From Candidatus Caldarchaeales archaeon (GTDB lineage Archaea > Thermoproteota > Nitrososphaeria_A > Caldarchaeales > Calditenuaceae), in the NCBI GenBank assembly GCA_039630085.1, contig JBCNVM010000005.1:14122-78121 (forward strand): a stretch of DNA of 64,000 nucleotides, given 5' to 3'. Position numbers and translations under genes: made by a program. The first letter of the stretch is position 1. Each line of letters starts with the position of its first letter. This document shows, one piece after another, positions 63,832 to 64,000 of this stretch. The notes under the pieces are model-generated. The model did not search any database, was not told the origin of the DNA, and saw nothing but the letters and a program-made list of their open reading frames with translations.

Positions 63832-64000
63832 CGAGGGCGAGGCGAGGGTCGTCGTGGAGGCGATCCTCTTCGCGGCGAACAGGCCTGTCGACCTGAGGGC
63901 CCTGATGAGGGCCACCGGGTGGAGGAGCCCGAAGGAGGTGGTCAGGCTGCTAAAGGAGCTCAAGAGGGAGTACGACGAGCAGGGGAGGGCCTTCACGCTC
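63811..64000 (+). CDS. scpB: segregation and condensation protein B (ScpB), N-terminal fragment (runs off window)
   Basis: ATG at 63811. N-terminal wH motif (EAILFAANRPVDLRAL). Truncated by the window end. Confidence 0.6.

Noticed and set aside
1-64000. CRISPR arrays, rRNA genes, transposases, integrases
   Set aside because: No regularly spaced direct repeats, no rRNA-like conserved stretches, and no DDE/tyrosine-recombinase-like ORFs were recognised anywhere in the window. The island at 50.4-56.3 kb has no integrase inside this window.

Overview
This is a high-GC (roughly two-thirds G+C) archaeal chromosomal segment. It shows AGG/AGA-biased arginine codons, GAG/CTC/GTC-rich coding, TATA boxes about 25-30 nt upstream of start codons (mostly leaderless transcripts) and frequent 4-nt ATGA stop/start overlaps. 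The best fit is a thermophilic TACK-like archaeon, possibly a MAG. I can support about 75 protein genes and one tRNA-Glu(UUC). The housekeeping core includes AspRS, ThrC, HisC, the conserved L21e-RpoF-DUF655 block, S9, Nep1, tRNA-splicing endonuclease, proteasome beta plus a PAC2-like chaperone, AglB oligosaccharyltransferase, NadE, archaeal PEP carboxylase, argF, argC and the smc-scpA-scpB operon. Metabolic modules include a phnDCE-type ABC importer, an etfB-etfA-fixCX operon, mobB-moeA, a sulfite-oxidase-family Mo enzyme and an F420/Mer-like oxidoreductase. A cluster of adenine deaminase, a hydantoinase-like amidohydrolase, an SsnA-like aminohydrolase and a YgeW-like knotted carbamoyltransferase parallels the E. 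coli ygeW-hyuA-ssnA purine-related locus. Accessory content: a HEPN-MNT pair, a small-GTPase plus two Roadblock/LC7 proteins operon, and the RbkR-type fusion of a winged-helix regulator with CTP-dependent riboflavin kinase, whose palindromic operator also sits in the phnD promoter. The most unusual region is an island of about 6 kb (50.4-56.3 kb) between argF and argC. It has a tailed-virus-type large terminase (ATPase plus RNase-H-like nuclease), a possible small terminase, a gp6-like head-tail connector candidate, four tiny membrane or zinc-ribbon ORFs and an AT-rich divergent promoter. The terminase is translationally coupled to an ABC-ATPase fused to a GNAT acetyltransferase, and RHH regulators flank the block. 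I read this as a degraded provirus or satellite-like element, or a co-opted packaging-ATPase system, and the ABC-GNAT fusion as not matching any system I know. No CRISPR array, rRNA or transposase was seen. Several long R/P-rich ORFs in the track are antisense shadows of real genes.
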